Of a DNA stretch of 64,000 nt, positions 26,340-39,520 are shown piece by piece. The DNA comes from Basidiobolus meristosporus CBS 931.73 (lineage: Eukaryota > Fungi > Basidiobolomycota), in the NCBI GenBank assembly GCA_002104905.1, contig MCFE01000071.1, positions 62,001 to 126,000 on the forward strand. The letters are read 5' to 3'. A program made the position numbers and the translations under genes. Numbering within the stretch: position 1 is the stretch's first letter; each line of letters starts with the position of its first letter. The notes under the pieces are model-generated. The model did no database searches. It saw nothing but the letters and a program-made list of their open reading frames with translations, and was not told the DNA's origin.

Positions 26340-27610
26340 TCATCATAGATACTAAGGCCATACTAAAATGATGTGGCAAGAACTCAAATGGATCCAGCAT
26401 TGATTTCTCAGGTCCAGACCATGTTTGTAAGCTGGGGGATTAGTATTGTCTTGGTTGTGCCAAAGATGAGTTGAGGTTGGTAAAGGGACCAAAGTGTTGG
26501 ATTGGGATACTTTTACAGTGATATAATGGCTTGAATCTGGTCTTATATGATATACATACAAAAACTAATGTTACAATTGAGTTTTCTATATATTATGCAT
26601 GATGAATATTGAATTGCATTGACACTGATCAGAATCACATCAGTTGCAGATTTTCTATTTGATTACAGACCTATGAGTAGATCAACAATAAAATCACCAA
26701 GTTATTGCTTGTTGATGATTTTTGCAGCATAGTGATAGAATAGGTAGCAATTGATGCGGATTTAATCAGCATGCAAGGAAAATCAAATAAATTAGTCTGA
26801 TTGTGTCAAATCAGTTCAAGTCACATCCATATAATCACCTACCAATCTTAATATGATTTGCTGTTCCAAAAGGTCTTTATCATTATTTCCATCACTACTG
26901 CTGGATTTTCTTTTGACCTATCCAAGGGGAACTATGCCAAGTACAGTGCATCATTGATACCAATCTACTCATGAAGATTGCATGTCAAGCTTCACTGCTA
27001 TTATAAGAGCCATTGCACTACAAGGTGCCACCTCACCATTCATGGTTACAAAAGTCTCAGAAGCTTTCATTCAAAGCTGACTGCAATGAAGAACCACCTT
27101 GCAGAGAGTACTAATGACTTAAACAAGCTTGAAATACTTAGTTCAGAAGCTCCAATACTCTCTGTATCCCGGAGTGTTCAGCAACAGATTTCATATCAGG
27201 CATACTTTGGATATCTTCCAGTCAGGAATATCAGACCTTTTAGAGGGCAGAGGCTCTTATATTCTGGAAAATACAAGGCACATTGCGTGAGGTTTCAAGC
27301 ACTGTCTGACATAGAGTGTAATATATTGCAGCTCATTGTGCCATCAGCTGGGAGTAGGAATGGCTAAGCACCTTGGGTGGAGAATCATCCTGAATTCTGA
27401 ATATGGGAGAAATTTATGACAGATGTGACTTACATAGGAGAGGATTGTCAGAAATTAAGATATCTTGTAGCCTGTGGGAAGCCAAGGAATGGTATGCGTA
27501 ATAGGAAGCACAAGCACTATACTGAGATATTGAGTCATTTCAGAGTGACAGTAAAGCATACACCTGGATATATAATGAGATTCAGCACATTAGTAGATAA
27601 GCACTGAGGA
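26340..27610 (+). pseudogene. Decayed DDE_Tnp_4-type (ISL2EU/PIF-Harbinger) transposase and upstream region, copy 1
   Basis: QRLLYSGKYKAHCVRFQ..GSR and KPRNG..KHYTEILSHFRVTVKH; homologous to 48506-49750. Confidence 0.8.
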
Positions 27611-27899
27611 AGGTGATACATGGAAGAAAAAGACATAATAGGTAGAATAGTCAAGATATTATTAATGCCTAGTATACTGATGCAAGAAGGCATCCACTGA
27701 GAGAAATGTGTCTGGAGTTATATAATGAGTAAATGAGCCAGAAATACACTACTCTGGGCAACATTAGTAAGACTGAGTAAGATTATCAGTAACAGAATAC
27801 TACCACTTGCATCATGTTGAAAGCTTAAGTGCCAGATAGTGCCCTAGAGTTACAGAATGATTGGGCACTATGAACAAGCTGGTAATATGTAACACTATC

Positions 27900-28199
27900 C
27901 AACAAAACATGTCTGATGTTCAGGCAGATGAGAATGTAGCAAGCTCAGTACTTTGGCTGAAGACCAGCAAGCAACCATTATTACAATACCACCACCATAT
28001 TTGCAAGTGTGCCATCAGCTAATACCAAACCATCAATGAGGCGATTAGGAGTAGTTGCTCATAGGATAGATGCTTTTGCTCAGAGAAATCCGCAAGTAGT
28101 TCAGAAACAGGATAAGTGGATAATGCATGTAGATAATTTGATATCCCAGGTAGAGAGCGTAATATCTATGCTACAAAGAAGGAACCCAAGTAGCACAAT
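27900..28199 (+). pseudogene. ORF X copy 2, 5' segment
   Basis: Aligns with the reverse complement of 19600-19890 and continues at 37423 after element C2. Confidence 0.7.
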
Positions 28200-31100
28200 T
28201 GTTATGATCTGCCGCTTGAATGTTTAAGTTAGATCAGTTTTCAGTCAAATCAATTAGTTATATGTTAAAGTTATCAGTATATCAGTATTATCTATCAAAT
28301 CAGTAGAAAGAAGAAACCACCCTTAAGATGTCGGACAATCAAGAATGGAAGAGTGCCATGCAGCAAATCCTGGCCCAACAGCAACAGTTACTCCAGATTG
28401 TCAGCCAACAGCAACAAGGATTGACTACCAGGGCTTGGAGCCAGCAAAGCCCTGTCATGTGCAACTTTAGTGTGAAGGTCAACCGGTACCATGGCAGAGT
28501 CAATGAAAGCCTGGGTACTTGGCTCTTTAAGATTGAAGAAGCTTTTAAACCTAAAGGAATCGCTCCTGAAAGCAAGTTGAATTACGCAGCTCCTTACCTG
28601 GCAGATGCAGCTTTAAAATGGTACCACAACAAGATCAGGTCAGACACTATGATGGAATGCTCTACAATCTCTACTTGGGATGAGTTTGTGTTGGAAATTC
28701 AGGATGCTTTTGAACCTCCATTCCAGCAGACACTACTAAGAAGGAAGTTAAAGACACTCAGACAGAAAGGAATGGTGCAAGAATACATCTATGAGTACTG
28801 ATGTCTACTTGGACAAATTGGAAGAATGGACCCCCTGGATCAAGTTGAATACTTTATTGATGGGTTGAAAGAAAGAACTTGCAAGGAAGTGAATTATCAA
28901 AGACCTCAGACTATTGAAGAAGTCATCAAGATTGCCATTGACTATGACTCAGCTATGTTTGGAGTTGGGAAGCCTACAGTGACTAATCTGAAAGGCTACA
29001 ATCATTATGAAAGAAGAAAGTCAGAAGTAGCATCAACAGAACTGATGCTATGCAGAAGAACCCCACCTCAGACAAACGCAGGAAGAAAGGACTTTGTTTC
29101 AATTGCCACCAGCAAGGACACATATCAAAGTACTGCCCCCAGAGAAGAAATGGACACCAGCCAACAAAAACCTTCAACCATATTGAGTCCCATGAACACA
29201 GTAATGTGGGGGATGAGCTTGAAGAAGACTTGGAACTAACCTTCCATATGACAGGAGAGTACTTGTCCCAAATGACCTCAAACTCAGGGAAGTTATTGTA
29301 CTTAAATGGAGTAATCAATGGAGTACCTGCCAAGATCATGATTGACTCAGGAGCATTGCATGAGTACATGTGGGAGCAATTTGCCTTGAAAGCTGGAATC
29401 AACTTGGAACCTACCAAATCAACTTCAGTCTCCACAGCTGATGGGAACTCTCACATAATCAACTGTATTACCCAGCCAGTAAGAATGAAGATCAATAACT
29501 ATGAAGAAGACCTACAGGCTTATATATTTGGGAACTGCAAGTTTGACCTTGTACTTGGAAAAACCTGGCTATTTTGTTGTAATCCATCTATCAACTGGAG
29601 AACCCATGCTACTCAGACTTAAAAGGACAACAAGACCTATGAGCTATTACCTGCCAGGCTGGATTTCAACTTGGTCAATTCCAGTATGTGTGAGGCAAGT
29701 GAACTTAGCAAGACCCAGTTCTGTAGAGCACTTAGAAAAGGTACCCAGATGTTCCTCATGGCTTTATTACAGGAGGATTCCTCAACCCCAGCAGGTCCAG
29801 ACTCTCTTGAAGAAATATTCAGACGTGTTTCCAGATGAGCTTGTAGTCTACCACCAGTCAGAGATGTGGATCATGCCATTGACACAGGAGATAGCCCTCC
29901 AGTGAGCAAGACACCTTACAGAATGAGTCCATTAGAATTGGAGGAAATGAAGAGACAAATTGATCAGCTTTTGGAGCAAGGATACATCAGACCCAGCAAG
30001 TCACCTTGGGGAGCACCAGTGCTTTTTGTGAAAAAGAAGAATGGAACACTTAGGATGTGTATGGACTACAGAGCCCTGAACTCAGTTACAATCAAGAATA
30101 AGTACCCCATACCTTGGATTGATGAGCTTTTGGACCAACTTGATGGGGCCACCATTTTCAGCAAGATTGACCTCATGTCAGCATACAACTAAATTAGGGT
30201 GAAACCAGAAGATATTCCTAAGACAGCATTTAGGACCAGATATGGACATTACAGGTACTTAGTCATGAGTTTTGGCCTCACTAATGCCCCTGCACCATTC
30301 ATGACGCTGATGCAGACTGTCTTTCAGGAGTACTTAGACAAGTTTGTGATAATCTACCTGGATGACATATTGATATACAGCAAGACAGAAAAGGATCACA
30401 TGGTGCACATTGAAAAGGTTCTGAAGAAACTAAGAGAGAACAAGCTACATGGCAAGCTAACCAAGTGTGAATTCTTCAAGGAACACATTGAATACCTGGG
30501 ACACATAGTGACTACAACAGGAGTGACCTTAGACCCTAACAAAGTTGAAGTTATCAAGAACCTGAAGCAGCCCCATAGCATATCATAACTCATGTTTGAA
30601 GACATGGAGATGCTATATTGAAGGAGTCAAATGCACTGAGAAGACTGATCATGCCTCCCTCAAGTATATATTTACTCAGAAGGTACTCTCTAGAAGAATG
30701 ACAAGATGGAGTGAATACATTCAGCAATTTGACCTGGAGATTGTCTACTGCCCTGGAAAAAACAACACGGTTGCTGATGCCTTATCAAGATTAGATCAAG
30801 TTGCACAACTCAACTTGGTGCATGAATCAGATTGGCCTAGCTTATTACCACAATACTTGGAGGACCAAGCCATTCCTAATAAGATGGATGAAGAGATAAA
30901 GAAGATAATCCGGCATGAAGCCAGCAAACTTGTTGTACAGGATGAAACATTCTACCAAATTGTTGATGGAAGCCCTATTGCTTATTGTCCTTCTGTTGCT
31001 TGCCTGGATTTAATACACAAGCTACATAATGGATATGGACATCTTGGGATTGAAGGAACCTATAGCCTTGTGAAAGCCACAGCATGGTTGCCCAGAATGA

Positions 31101-32460
31101 AGCAAGATATTGAGAAGATAGTGAAAACATGCCCAAACTGTCAAATCAACCAAGGCCAGCCACAAAGAATTGCTAAACTCTTCCCTTTGGAGCCTGTAAG
31201 ACCATCTGAGTGATGGGGAATTGACTTTATTGGAAGACTGCCAACCACCAGGAAATGCAACTGTTGGATCCTAGTAGCAATTGACCATGCCACTAAATGG
31301 CCAGTTGCTAAAGCTGTACCAATGGCCAGTGAACAAGAAGTTGCAAGTTTCATTTACCATGAGATCCTGATGAAGTTTGGATGCCCTGTGGAGATCTTAT
31401 CTGATAGAGGAGCAAACCTTATGGCAAAGACATTAGAGGCTTACCTGGAAATGCAGCAGATAAAACACTTGAAAACCTTGGCATATCACCCCAGAACTGA
31501 TGGAGTCACTGAAAGCTTTAATGGATTATTTGGAAAATGCTGACCAAGTATGCAAATGGAGCTGTCAGTAGATGGGAAGAGTATATAGATCACGCACTTT
31601 TTGCCTGCAGAGTTAGAGTGCACAACACTACCCAGCAGTCACCATCTTACATAGTGGATGGATGTGAACCAATGATTCCAGGAGATCTCACACAACCCAA
31701 GCTTTCAGATGCGTTAGAAGATGAACTTAGTCAGCCCAGCAGACACCAGCATGGGAACAAAGACAACAAGAGGCACAGGCCAAAGTATTTCAAAGTGCAG
31801 AAAAGATGAAGCAGAGATTTGATAAGACTATAGCACCAGAAGCATTGACAGTTGGGAACTTTGTATTGCTAAGAAACAACACTTGGAAAAAGTTTAAGCC
31901 ACAATGAACTGGACCATTCAACATCATCAGATAATGTCCATTGGCTACTTACCAACTAGTGGATAATAAGGGAATATCCGGGAAGATTTAGTTCATAGAG
32001 ACAGACTCAAGCTTGTAAGACTTGCTGACAATACTGAACCATAAAGATATTGGTATCACAAGAAAAGAGATTCAGGAGAACCCTCCCTTCTTTAGTAGGG
32101 GAGAATGTTATAATCTGCCGCTTGAATGTTTAAGTTAGATCAATTTTTAGTCAAATCAATTAGTAATATGTTTAGGTTATCAGTATATCAGTTTTATCTA
32201 TGAAATCAGTAGCATTAGTCAGCAAATGAATCAGCAGATTCTTATCAGACAGAAATAGATTTATTAAGTAGGATCTTATTGGGTGATGATGATCCAGTCA
32301 AGTGAGTCATCAGCCACAACATACATTAGGAAATACAATTAGTCAGCAATTGATTTGGCAAAATGTATATAAGGAGCTGCTGGCACCACAATAAAGATCA
32401 GTTCAAGTTTTAGTTAATACACTACTAGCTAAACTCCCTATTCCTCTACAACTTTTATAC

Positions 32461-35400
32461 TGTTATGATCTGCCGCTTGAATGTTTAAGTTAGATCAGTT
32501 TTTAGTCAAATCAGTTAGTATATGTTTAGGTTATCAGTACATCAGTATTATCTATGAAATCAGTAGCATTAGTCAGCAAATGAATCAGCAGATCCTTATC
32601 AGACAGAAATAGATATATCAAGTAGGATCTTATTGGGTGATGATGATGCAATCAAATGAGTCATCAGCCACAACCTACATTAGGAAATACAATTAGTCAG
32701 CAATTGATCTGGCAAAAATGTATATAAGGAGCTGCTGGAACCTCAATAAAAATCAGTTCAAGTTTTAGTGAATACAATACTAGCTAAACTCCCTATTCCT
32801 CTACAACTCTTATACCAAGACTTGTAACATTGGTAGCAGCAATAACCAGAAACCTCCCTCCTGAAGAAAGAAGAAACCACCCTCAAGATGTCGGACAATC
32901 AAGAATGGAAGAATGCCATGCAGCAAATCCTGGCCCAACAGCAACAGCTACTCCAGATCCTCAGCCAACAGCAACAAGGAATGACTACCATGGCTCAGAG
33001 CCAGCAAAGCCCTGTCAAGAGCAACTTTAGTGTGAAGGTCAACCAGTACCATGGCAGAGTCAATGAAAACCTGGGAACTTGGCTCTTTCAGATTGAAGAA
33101 GCTTTTAAAGCTAAAGGAATTGCTCCAGAGAGCAAGTTGCATTATGCAGCTTCTTACCTGGCAGATGCAGCTTTACAGTGGTACCACAACAAGATCAGGT
33201 CAGCTACTATGATGGGATGCTCTACAATCTCTACCTGGGATGAGTTTGTGTCGGAAATTCAGGATGCTTTTGAACCTCCACACCAGCAGACACTACTAAG
33301 AAGGAAGTTAAAGACACTCAGACAGAAAGGAATGGTGCAAGAATACATCTATGAGTACAGATGTCTACTTGGACAAATTGAAAGAATGGACCCCTTGGAT
33401 CAAGTTGAATACTTTATTGATGGGTTGAAAGAAAGAACTCGCAAGGAAGTCAATTACCGAAGACCTCAGACTATTGAAGAAGCCATCAAGATTGCCATTG
33501 ACTATGACTCAGCTATGTTTGGAGTTGGGAAGCCTACAGTGACTAGTCAGAAAGGCTATAATCATTATGAAAGAAGACAATCAGAAGCAGTACCAATGGA
33601 AATAGACGCTATGCAGAAGAATCCCTCCTCAGAAGAATGCAAGAAGAGAGGACTTTGCTTCAATTGCCACCAGCAGGGACATATTGCAAAGTACTGCCCT
33701 CAGAGAAGAAATGGACACCAGCCAACAAGAACCTTCAACCATATTGAGTCCCATGAACACAATAATGAGGAAGATGAGCTTGAAGAAGACTCGGAACTCA
33801 CCTTCCATATGACAGAAGAGTACTTGTCCCAAATGACTTCAAACTCAGGGAAGTTATTGTACCTGAATGGAGCAATCAATGGAGTACCTGCCAAGATCAT
33901 GATTGACTCAGGAGCATTGCATGAGTACATGTCAGAGCAATTTGCTTTGAAAGCTGGAATCAACTCGGAACCTACCAAATCAACTTCAGTCTCCACAGCT
34001 GATGGGAACTCCCACATAATCAACCGTATTACCCAGCCAGTAAGAATGAAGATCAATGACTATGAAGAAGACCTACAGGCTTATATATTTGGGAACTGCA
34101 AGTTTGACCTTGTACTTGGGAAAACCTGGCTATTTTGTCGTAATCCATCAATCAACTGGAGAACCCATGCTACTCAGATCCAAAAAGACAACAAGACCTA
34201 TGAGCTATTACCTGCCAGGCTGGATTTCAACTTGGTCAATTCCAGTGTGTGTGAGACAAGTGAACTTAGCAAGACCCAGTTCTGTAGAGCACTTAGAAAA
34301 GGTACCCAGATGTTCCTCATGGCGGTATTACAGGAGGATTCCTCTATCCCAGCACCCCAGCAGGTCCAGACTCTCTTGAAGAAATATTCAGACGTGTTTC
34401 CAGATGAGCTTGTAAGCCTACCACCAGTCAGAGACGTGGATCATGCCATTGACACAGGAGATAGCCCTCCAGTGAGCAAGACACCTTACAGAATGAGTCC
34501 ATTGGAATTGGAGGAAATGAAGAAACAAATTGATCAGCTATTGGAGCAAGGATACATCAGGCCCAGCAAGTCACCTTGGGGAGCACCAGTGCTTTTTGTG
34601 AAAAAGAAGGATGGAACACTTAGGATGTGCATTGACTACAGAGCCCTGAACTCAGTTACCATCAAGAATAAGTACCCCATACCTCGGATTGATGAGCTTT
34701 TGGACCAACTTAATGGAGCCACTATTTTCAGCAAGATCGACCTCATGTCAGGATACAACCAGATTAGGGTGAAACCAGAAGATATCCCTAAGACAGCATT
34801 CAGGACCAGATATGGACATTACGAGTACTTAGTCATGAGTTTTGGCCTCACTAATGCCCCTGCAACATTCATGACGCTGATGCAGACTGTCTTTCAGGAG
34901 TACTTAGACAAGTTTGTGATAATCTACCTGGATGACATATTGATATACAGCAAGACAGAAAAGGATCACATGGTGCACATTGAAAAGGTCTTGAAGAAAC
35001 TAAGAGAGAACAAGCTATACGGCAAGCTAGCCAAGTGTGAATTCTTCAAGGAACACGTAGAATATCTGGGACACATAGTGACTAGCACAGGAGTAACCTT
35101 AGACCCCAAGAAGGTGGAAGTAATCAAGAATTTGAAGCAGCCCCATAGCATATCAGAACTCAGATCCTTCCTTGGAATGGTTTCCTATTATCGGAGATTT
35201 GTCAAGTCATTTGCAAGTATTGCAGCCCCTTTAACTGATATCCTCAAGAAAGACAATACCTACAAGTGGGACATAGCTTGTGAGACTGCCTTCCAGACAC
35301 TAAAGAATGAACTTGCTAAGCTGCCAAGCTTAAGAATACCAGACTTCAGAAAAGAGTTCACTCTGTGCACAGATGCTTCAGATTATGCAATTGGTGGAGT

Positions 35401-37400
35401 GCTGAGCCAAGAACACGAGGGAAAGGACTACCCTGTTGCCTTTGAATCCAAGAAACTGAACTCAGCAGAACAAAACTATCCAGTTCATGAGAAGGAGATG
35501 CTTGCTATAATACACTGTTTGAAGACATGGAGATGCTATATTGAAGGAGTCAAATGCACTGTGAAGACTGATCATGCCTCCCTCAAGTATATATTTACTC
35601 AGAAGGTACTCTCTAGAAGAATGACAAGATGGAGTGAATACATTCAGCAATTTGACCTGGAGATTGTCTACTGTCCTGGAAAAAACAACACGGTTGCTGA
35701 TGCCTTATCAAGATTAGATCAAGTTGCACAACTCAACTTGGTGCATGAATCAGATTGGCCTAGCCTATTACCAAAGTACTTGGAGGACCAAGCCATTCCT
35801 AATGAGGTGGATGAAGATATCAAGAAGATAATCCGTGATGAGGCCAGCAAATTTGTTGTACAGAATGAAACACTCTACCGAATTGTTGATGGAAGCCCTA
35901 TTGCCTATTGTCCTTATGTTGCTCGCCTGGATTTAATACATAAGCTACACAATGGATATGGACATCTTGGGATTGAAGGAACCTATAGCCTTGTAAAAGC
36001 CAGAGCATGGTGGCCCAGAATGAAACAAGACATTGAGAAGCTAGTAAAAACATGCCCAAACTGCCAAATCAATCAAGGCCAGCCACAAAGAATTGCCGAG
36101 CTCTTCCCTTTGGAGCCTGTAAGACCATTTGAGAGATGGGGAATTGACTTTATTGGAAGACTGCCAACTACCAGGAAATGCAACCGTTGGATCCTAGTAG
36201 CAATTGACCATGCCACTAAATGGCCAGTTGCTAAAGCTGTACCAATAGCCAGTGAACAAGAAGTTGCAAGTTTCATTTACCATGAGATCCTGATGAAGTT
36301 TGGATGCCCTGTGGAGATCTTATCCGATAGAGGTGCAAACTTTATGGCAAAGACATTAGAGGCTTACCTGGAAATGCAGCAGATCAAACACTTGAAAACC
36401 TCGGCATATCACCCCAGAACTAATGGAGTCACTGAGCGGTTTAATGGATTATTTGGAAAAATGCTGACCAAGTATGCAAATGGAGTTGTCAGTAGATGGG
36501 ATGAGTATATAGACCAAGCACTCTTTGCATGCAGAGTCAGAGTACACAACACCACCCAGCAATCACCATTTTACTTAGTGTATGGATGTGAACCAAGGAT
36601 TCCAGGAGATCTCACACAACCAAAGCTTACAGACACCTTAGAAGATGAACTCAGTCAGCCAAGTAGACACCAGCAACTGGAACAAAGACGTCAAGAGGCA
36701 CAGACCAAAGTATCTCAAAGTGCAGAAAAGATGAAGCAGAGATTTGATAAGACTATAGCACCAGAAGCATTGACAGTTGGGAACTTTGTATTGCTAAGAA
36801 ACAACACTCGGAAGAAGTTTGAGCCACAATGAACAGGACCATTCAAGATCATCAGAGAATGTCCATTTGCAACTTACCAACTGGTGGACAAGCAAGGTAA
36901 CATCCGGGAAGACTTAGTGCATAGGGACAGACTCAAGCTTGCAAGACTTGCTGATAATACTGAACCATCAAGATATTGGTATCACAAGAAAAGAGATTCA
37001 GGAGAACCCTCTCAACTTTAGTAGGGGAAAATGTTATGATCTGCCGCTTGAATGTTTAAGTTAGATCAGTTTTTAGTCAAATCAGTTAGTATATGTTTAG
37101 GTTATCAGTACATCAGTATTATCTATGAAATCAGTAGCATTAGTCAGCAAATGAATCAGCAGATCCTTATCAGACAGAAATAGATATATTAAGTAGGATC
37201 TTATTGGGTGATGATGATGCAATCAAATGAGTCATCAGCCACAACCTACATTAGGAAATACAATTAGTCAGCAATTGATCTGGCAAAAATGTATATAAGG
37301 AGCTGCTGGAACCTCAATAAAAATCAGTTCAAGTTTTAGTGAATACAATACTAGCTAAACTCCCTATTCCTCTACAACTCTTATACCAAGACTTGTAACA
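32461..37400 (+). mobile_element. Ty3/Gypsy element C3, youngest copy
   Basis: 369-bp LTRs at 32461-32829 and 37032-37400 differ at one position by eye. PBS TGGTAGCAGC at 32831, PPT, and TSD ATAC (32457-32460 / 37401-37404). Confidence 0.98.
32888..36832 (+). CDS. gag-pol: Single-ORF Gag-Pol (Gag-CCHC, PR, RT, RNase H, integrase), 1314 aa; TGA replaces Trp of the integrase WTGPF motif
   Basis: Uninterrupted ORF with all domain motifs. The frame continues 63 codons past the TGA to TAG at 37019-37021. Confidence 0.97.
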   Translation: MSDNQEWKNAMQQILAQQQQLLQILSQQQQGMTTMAQSQQSPVKSNFSVKVNQYHGRVNENLGTWLFQIEEAFKAKGIAPESKLHYAASYLADAALQWYHNKIRSATMMGCSTISTWDEFVSEIQDAFEPPHQQTLLRRKLKTLRQKGMVQEYIYEYRCLLGQIERMDPLDQVEYFIDGLKERTRKEVNYRRPQTIEEAIKIAIDYDSAMFGVGKPTVTSQKGYNHYERRQSEAVPMEIDAMQKNPSSEECKKRGLCFNCHQQGHIAKYCPQRRNGHQPTRTFNHIESHEHNNEEDELEEDSELTFHMTEEYLSQMTSNSGKLLYLNGAINGVPAKIMIDSGALHEYMSEQFALKAGINSEPTKSTSVSTADGNSHIINRITQPVRMKINDYEEDLQAYIFGNCKFDLVLGKTWLFCRNPSINWRTHATQIQKDNKTYELLPARLDFNLVNSSVCETSELSKTQFCRALRKGTQMFLMAVLQEDSSIPAPQQVQTLLKKYSDVFPDELVSLPPVRDVDHAIDTGDSPPVSKTPYRMSPLELEEMKKQIDQLLEQGYIRPSKSPWGAPVLFVKKKDGTLRMCIDYRALNSVTIKNKYPIPRIDELLDQLNGATIFSKIDLMSGYNQIRVKPEDIPKTAFRTRYGHYEYLVMSFGLTNAPATFMTLMQTVFQEYLDKFVIIYLDDILIYSKTEKDHMVHIEKVLKKLRENKLYGKLAKCEFFKEHVEYLGHIVTSTGVTLDPKKVEVIKNLKQPHSISELRSFLGMVSYYRRFVKSFASIAAPLTDILKKDNTYKWDIACETAFQTLKNELAKLPSLRIPDFRKEFTLCTDASDYAIGGVLSQEHEGKDYPVAFESKKLNSAEQNYPVHEKEMLAIIHCLKTWRCYIEGVKCTVKTDHASLKYIFTQKVLSRRMTRWSEYIQQFDLEIVYCPGKNNTVADALSRLDQVAQLNLVHESDWPSLLPKYLEDQAIPNEVDEDIKKIIRDEASKFVVQNETLYRIVDGSPIAYCPYVARLDLIHKLHNGYGHLGIEGTYSLVKARAWWPRMKQDIEKLVKTCPNCQINQGQPQRIAELFPLEPVRPFERWGIDFIGRLPTTRKCNRWILVAIDHATKWPVAKAVPIASEQEVASFIYHEILMKFGCPVEILSDRGANFMAKTLEAYLEMQQIKHLKTSAYHPRTNGVTERFNGLFGKMLTKYANGVVSRWDEYIDQALFACRVRVHNTTQQSPFYLVYGCEPRIPGDLTQPKLTDTLEDELSQPSRHQQLEQRRQEAQTKVSQSAEKMKQRFDKTIAPEALTVGNFVLLRNNTRKKFEPQ

Positions 37401-37422
37401 ATACCAAGACTTGTAACACAAT

Positions 37423-38950
37423 GACACAGCCAAGAATTGAGCTATAGCCCAATGTAACAACAGAGGTACACTGTGCATTCTCTGAAATGCGTTATGATCT
37501 ACTGCTTGAATGATCTAGTTAAATCAGTTTTTAGTCAAATCAATTAGTTTATGTTTAGCCTACCAGTATATTGGTGTTATCAATCAATCAGTGGTACTAG
37601 TTAGTAGATGAATCATTAGATCCTATCTGACAGAATTAGATATATAAAGTAGGATCTAATTGGGTGATGATGATGCAATCAAGTGAGTCATCAGCCACAA
37701 CCTACATTTGAAAATACAATTAGTCAGCAATTAATCTGGTAAAATGTATATAAGGAGCTGCTGGAAACTCACTAAAGTTCAGTTCAATTTTTAGTGAATT
37801 GAATACTAGCTAAACTCCCTAATTCCCTACAACTCTTATATCAGGACTTGTCACATTACAACAACAGGGCACGAAGATAAAATCCACTGAAAACCTATCA
37901 CAGCATGAGAGGGAGAGACTGTGGTGTTTATTACAAATCCTAGAATTCAGATGACATTGAACATCTGTGAAGCCATTGAGTCTATTGATGAAAAGTGTGC
38001 TGATATTCAAGAGGTCATAACAAGTCTTGTCTACCATCACCTGAAGGCAGGCATAGTGTGGGACCATATGGAACTCAAAGCCAAGCAGAATATGCCAAAC
38101 TTGTTTCAGGAGCATATTTCTGGATTCAAACAAGCAAACAGATTTTAAAACAGCATAGGTATGCTAAGAAAGTATCTCAAGAGTAGTAGAAACTATAATA
38201 GGCATAAGAACAAGTGTTTGAAGACTAAAAAGCCATCAGATTCCTTAAAGCTCAGTACAAGCAGAGCCAAAAGCTCAAAACAAGCATCAAAGAAGTGTCA
38301 GGTAGCTGTCAGAGTGCCAATATGAGACAAGCAGACAGACATGAATGCACCAGGACACCTTTTGTGAAGGAAAAAGCATAGTTATACTCAAAAAGCACTC
38401 ACTCAAAACAGTAGTGAAGGACCTGGCAATAATAAGTACAAGCAGATTTCTCAGGAGCTCATCACAACTAGGGATGAAAGCTCATAACAAGTGGCAAAGA
38501 AATGTTAGGTGGCCAGGAGCATGGCAGTATGTCAAGTAGGCAAAACAGATGTGACAGAGTAGCATATATCAAGGATTTAGTACAGTTGAATAAAAGAAGT
38601 ATTTAGACAAAGTAGCAGTCAAAGATCTGGCAGTGATAAAGGAAACAATAGAGGGAAAAGGGCTACCCAAACCAGAGACAGGCAGGTGTTAGCAAAAAGC
38701 TGCAGTTATAGCCAATTAGCACAATAAGCCCAGAACAGGCTGAATTCTGTCCTGGCCAAGAAGAATTGCTAACAATACAAAAGCTGTCCCTCCAAGATTT
38801 GGAAGCACACCTAGTTTAGTCACACTCTAGTTAGGTAGATGAGTTTGCAGAGAAAGTCAATTTGACTACCATGGCCTCCCTTTATTATATTGTAGCCAAA
38901 CAGGAGATCTCACTTACAGACAAAGCAATAACATCAAGAACTTGAAAGGC
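37423..38950 (+). pseudogene. ORF X copy 2, 3' segment (split by a solo C LTR)
   Basis: MVFITNPRIQMTLNICEAIESIDEKCADIQEVITSLVYHHLKAG matches the copy 1 peptide; 38360-38950 matches 13111-13872. Confidence 0.7.
37490..37855 (+). repeat. Diverged family-C solo LTR
   Basis: Full-length similarity to the C LTR; the TSD is not recognisable. Confidence 0.85.
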
Positions 38951-39429
38951 TATGACAACAACTACAATAAAATTTTGTATAGGCCAATACAGTTTGCAGT
39001 TAAGTTGCAACTGAAGACTCAATGTAAATAAATTAGTTCAGGTGCATGTAAAATATGTGAGTTGGTTGAGTCAGGAAGTAAAGATTGTGAAAAGCGGCAT
39101 CTATCAATCAATGAACACAAACATAGGATGTGATTGAGTGTCCTGGAACAGAAAGTGAGAGAGATGCCAGCAAATCAACAGCAACTTAGAGTTGCAATGA
39201 AAAAATTTGGCTAAGTTTTTTATGAAATCTGGAGTGCAATTATTTACAATAGTCTTTGCACATTGCTCTGATTAAGTGAAAACCTCTTAGTCATAGGACT
39301 TTGAATTTGTGATGGACTTTTGGGGTAATCATCACAATTACTTTTCATGAGGCATATGCTTGGTTTCCACCACTTTTGCTAGGAGTGCCTTTTGAAAGCT
39401 ATGATTCTACTAATTATTATAAAAATACC

Positions 39430-39520
39430 ATCAAGCAATGGATACAAGCAGCTATCTAGGTTAGACAGGGTCTTAGGCTCTGATTTCAACAAGCCAACCA
39501 CCAGTTTTCTACTGTGATAT
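39430..39520 (-). pseudogene. Very decayed tnp2-type transposase remnant
   Basis: The reverse strand reads LVVGLLKSEPKTLSNLDSCLYPLLD, similar to VISLVSGPKSLPSLDSYLYPLLD at 63.45-63.5 kb. Confidence 0.5.

Larger units (their letters stand above)
28200..37418 (+). mobile_element. Ty3/Gypsy element C2 (decayed; contains C3 in its 3' LTR)
   Basis: TSD CAAT (28196-28199 / 37419-37422). The 5' LTR is deleted after ~107 bp together with the PBS, there is a ~350-bp deletion in RT/RH near 30592, and the 3' LTR is 32106-32460 + 37405-37418. Confidence 0.93.

Noticed and set aside
32948-36276. Recurrent short antisense or alternate-frame ORFs across C copies (e.g. 33700-34056, 36073-36276)
   Set aside because: These are shadow ORFs of conserved gag-pol codons, repeated only because the copies are homologous.
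36833-37031. env-like ORF or chromodomain downstream of integrase in A, B or C
   Set aside because: In A and C the integrase tail runs almost directly into the PPT/LTR and no chromodomain residues are visible. The 3' end of B is outside the window.
37381-37418. Tandem ATACCAAGACTTGTAACA duplication as a direct-repeat or CRISPR-like unit
   Set aside because: It is explained by C3 inserting near the end of the C2 LTR: the TSD ATAC plus the last 14 bp of the C2 LTR.
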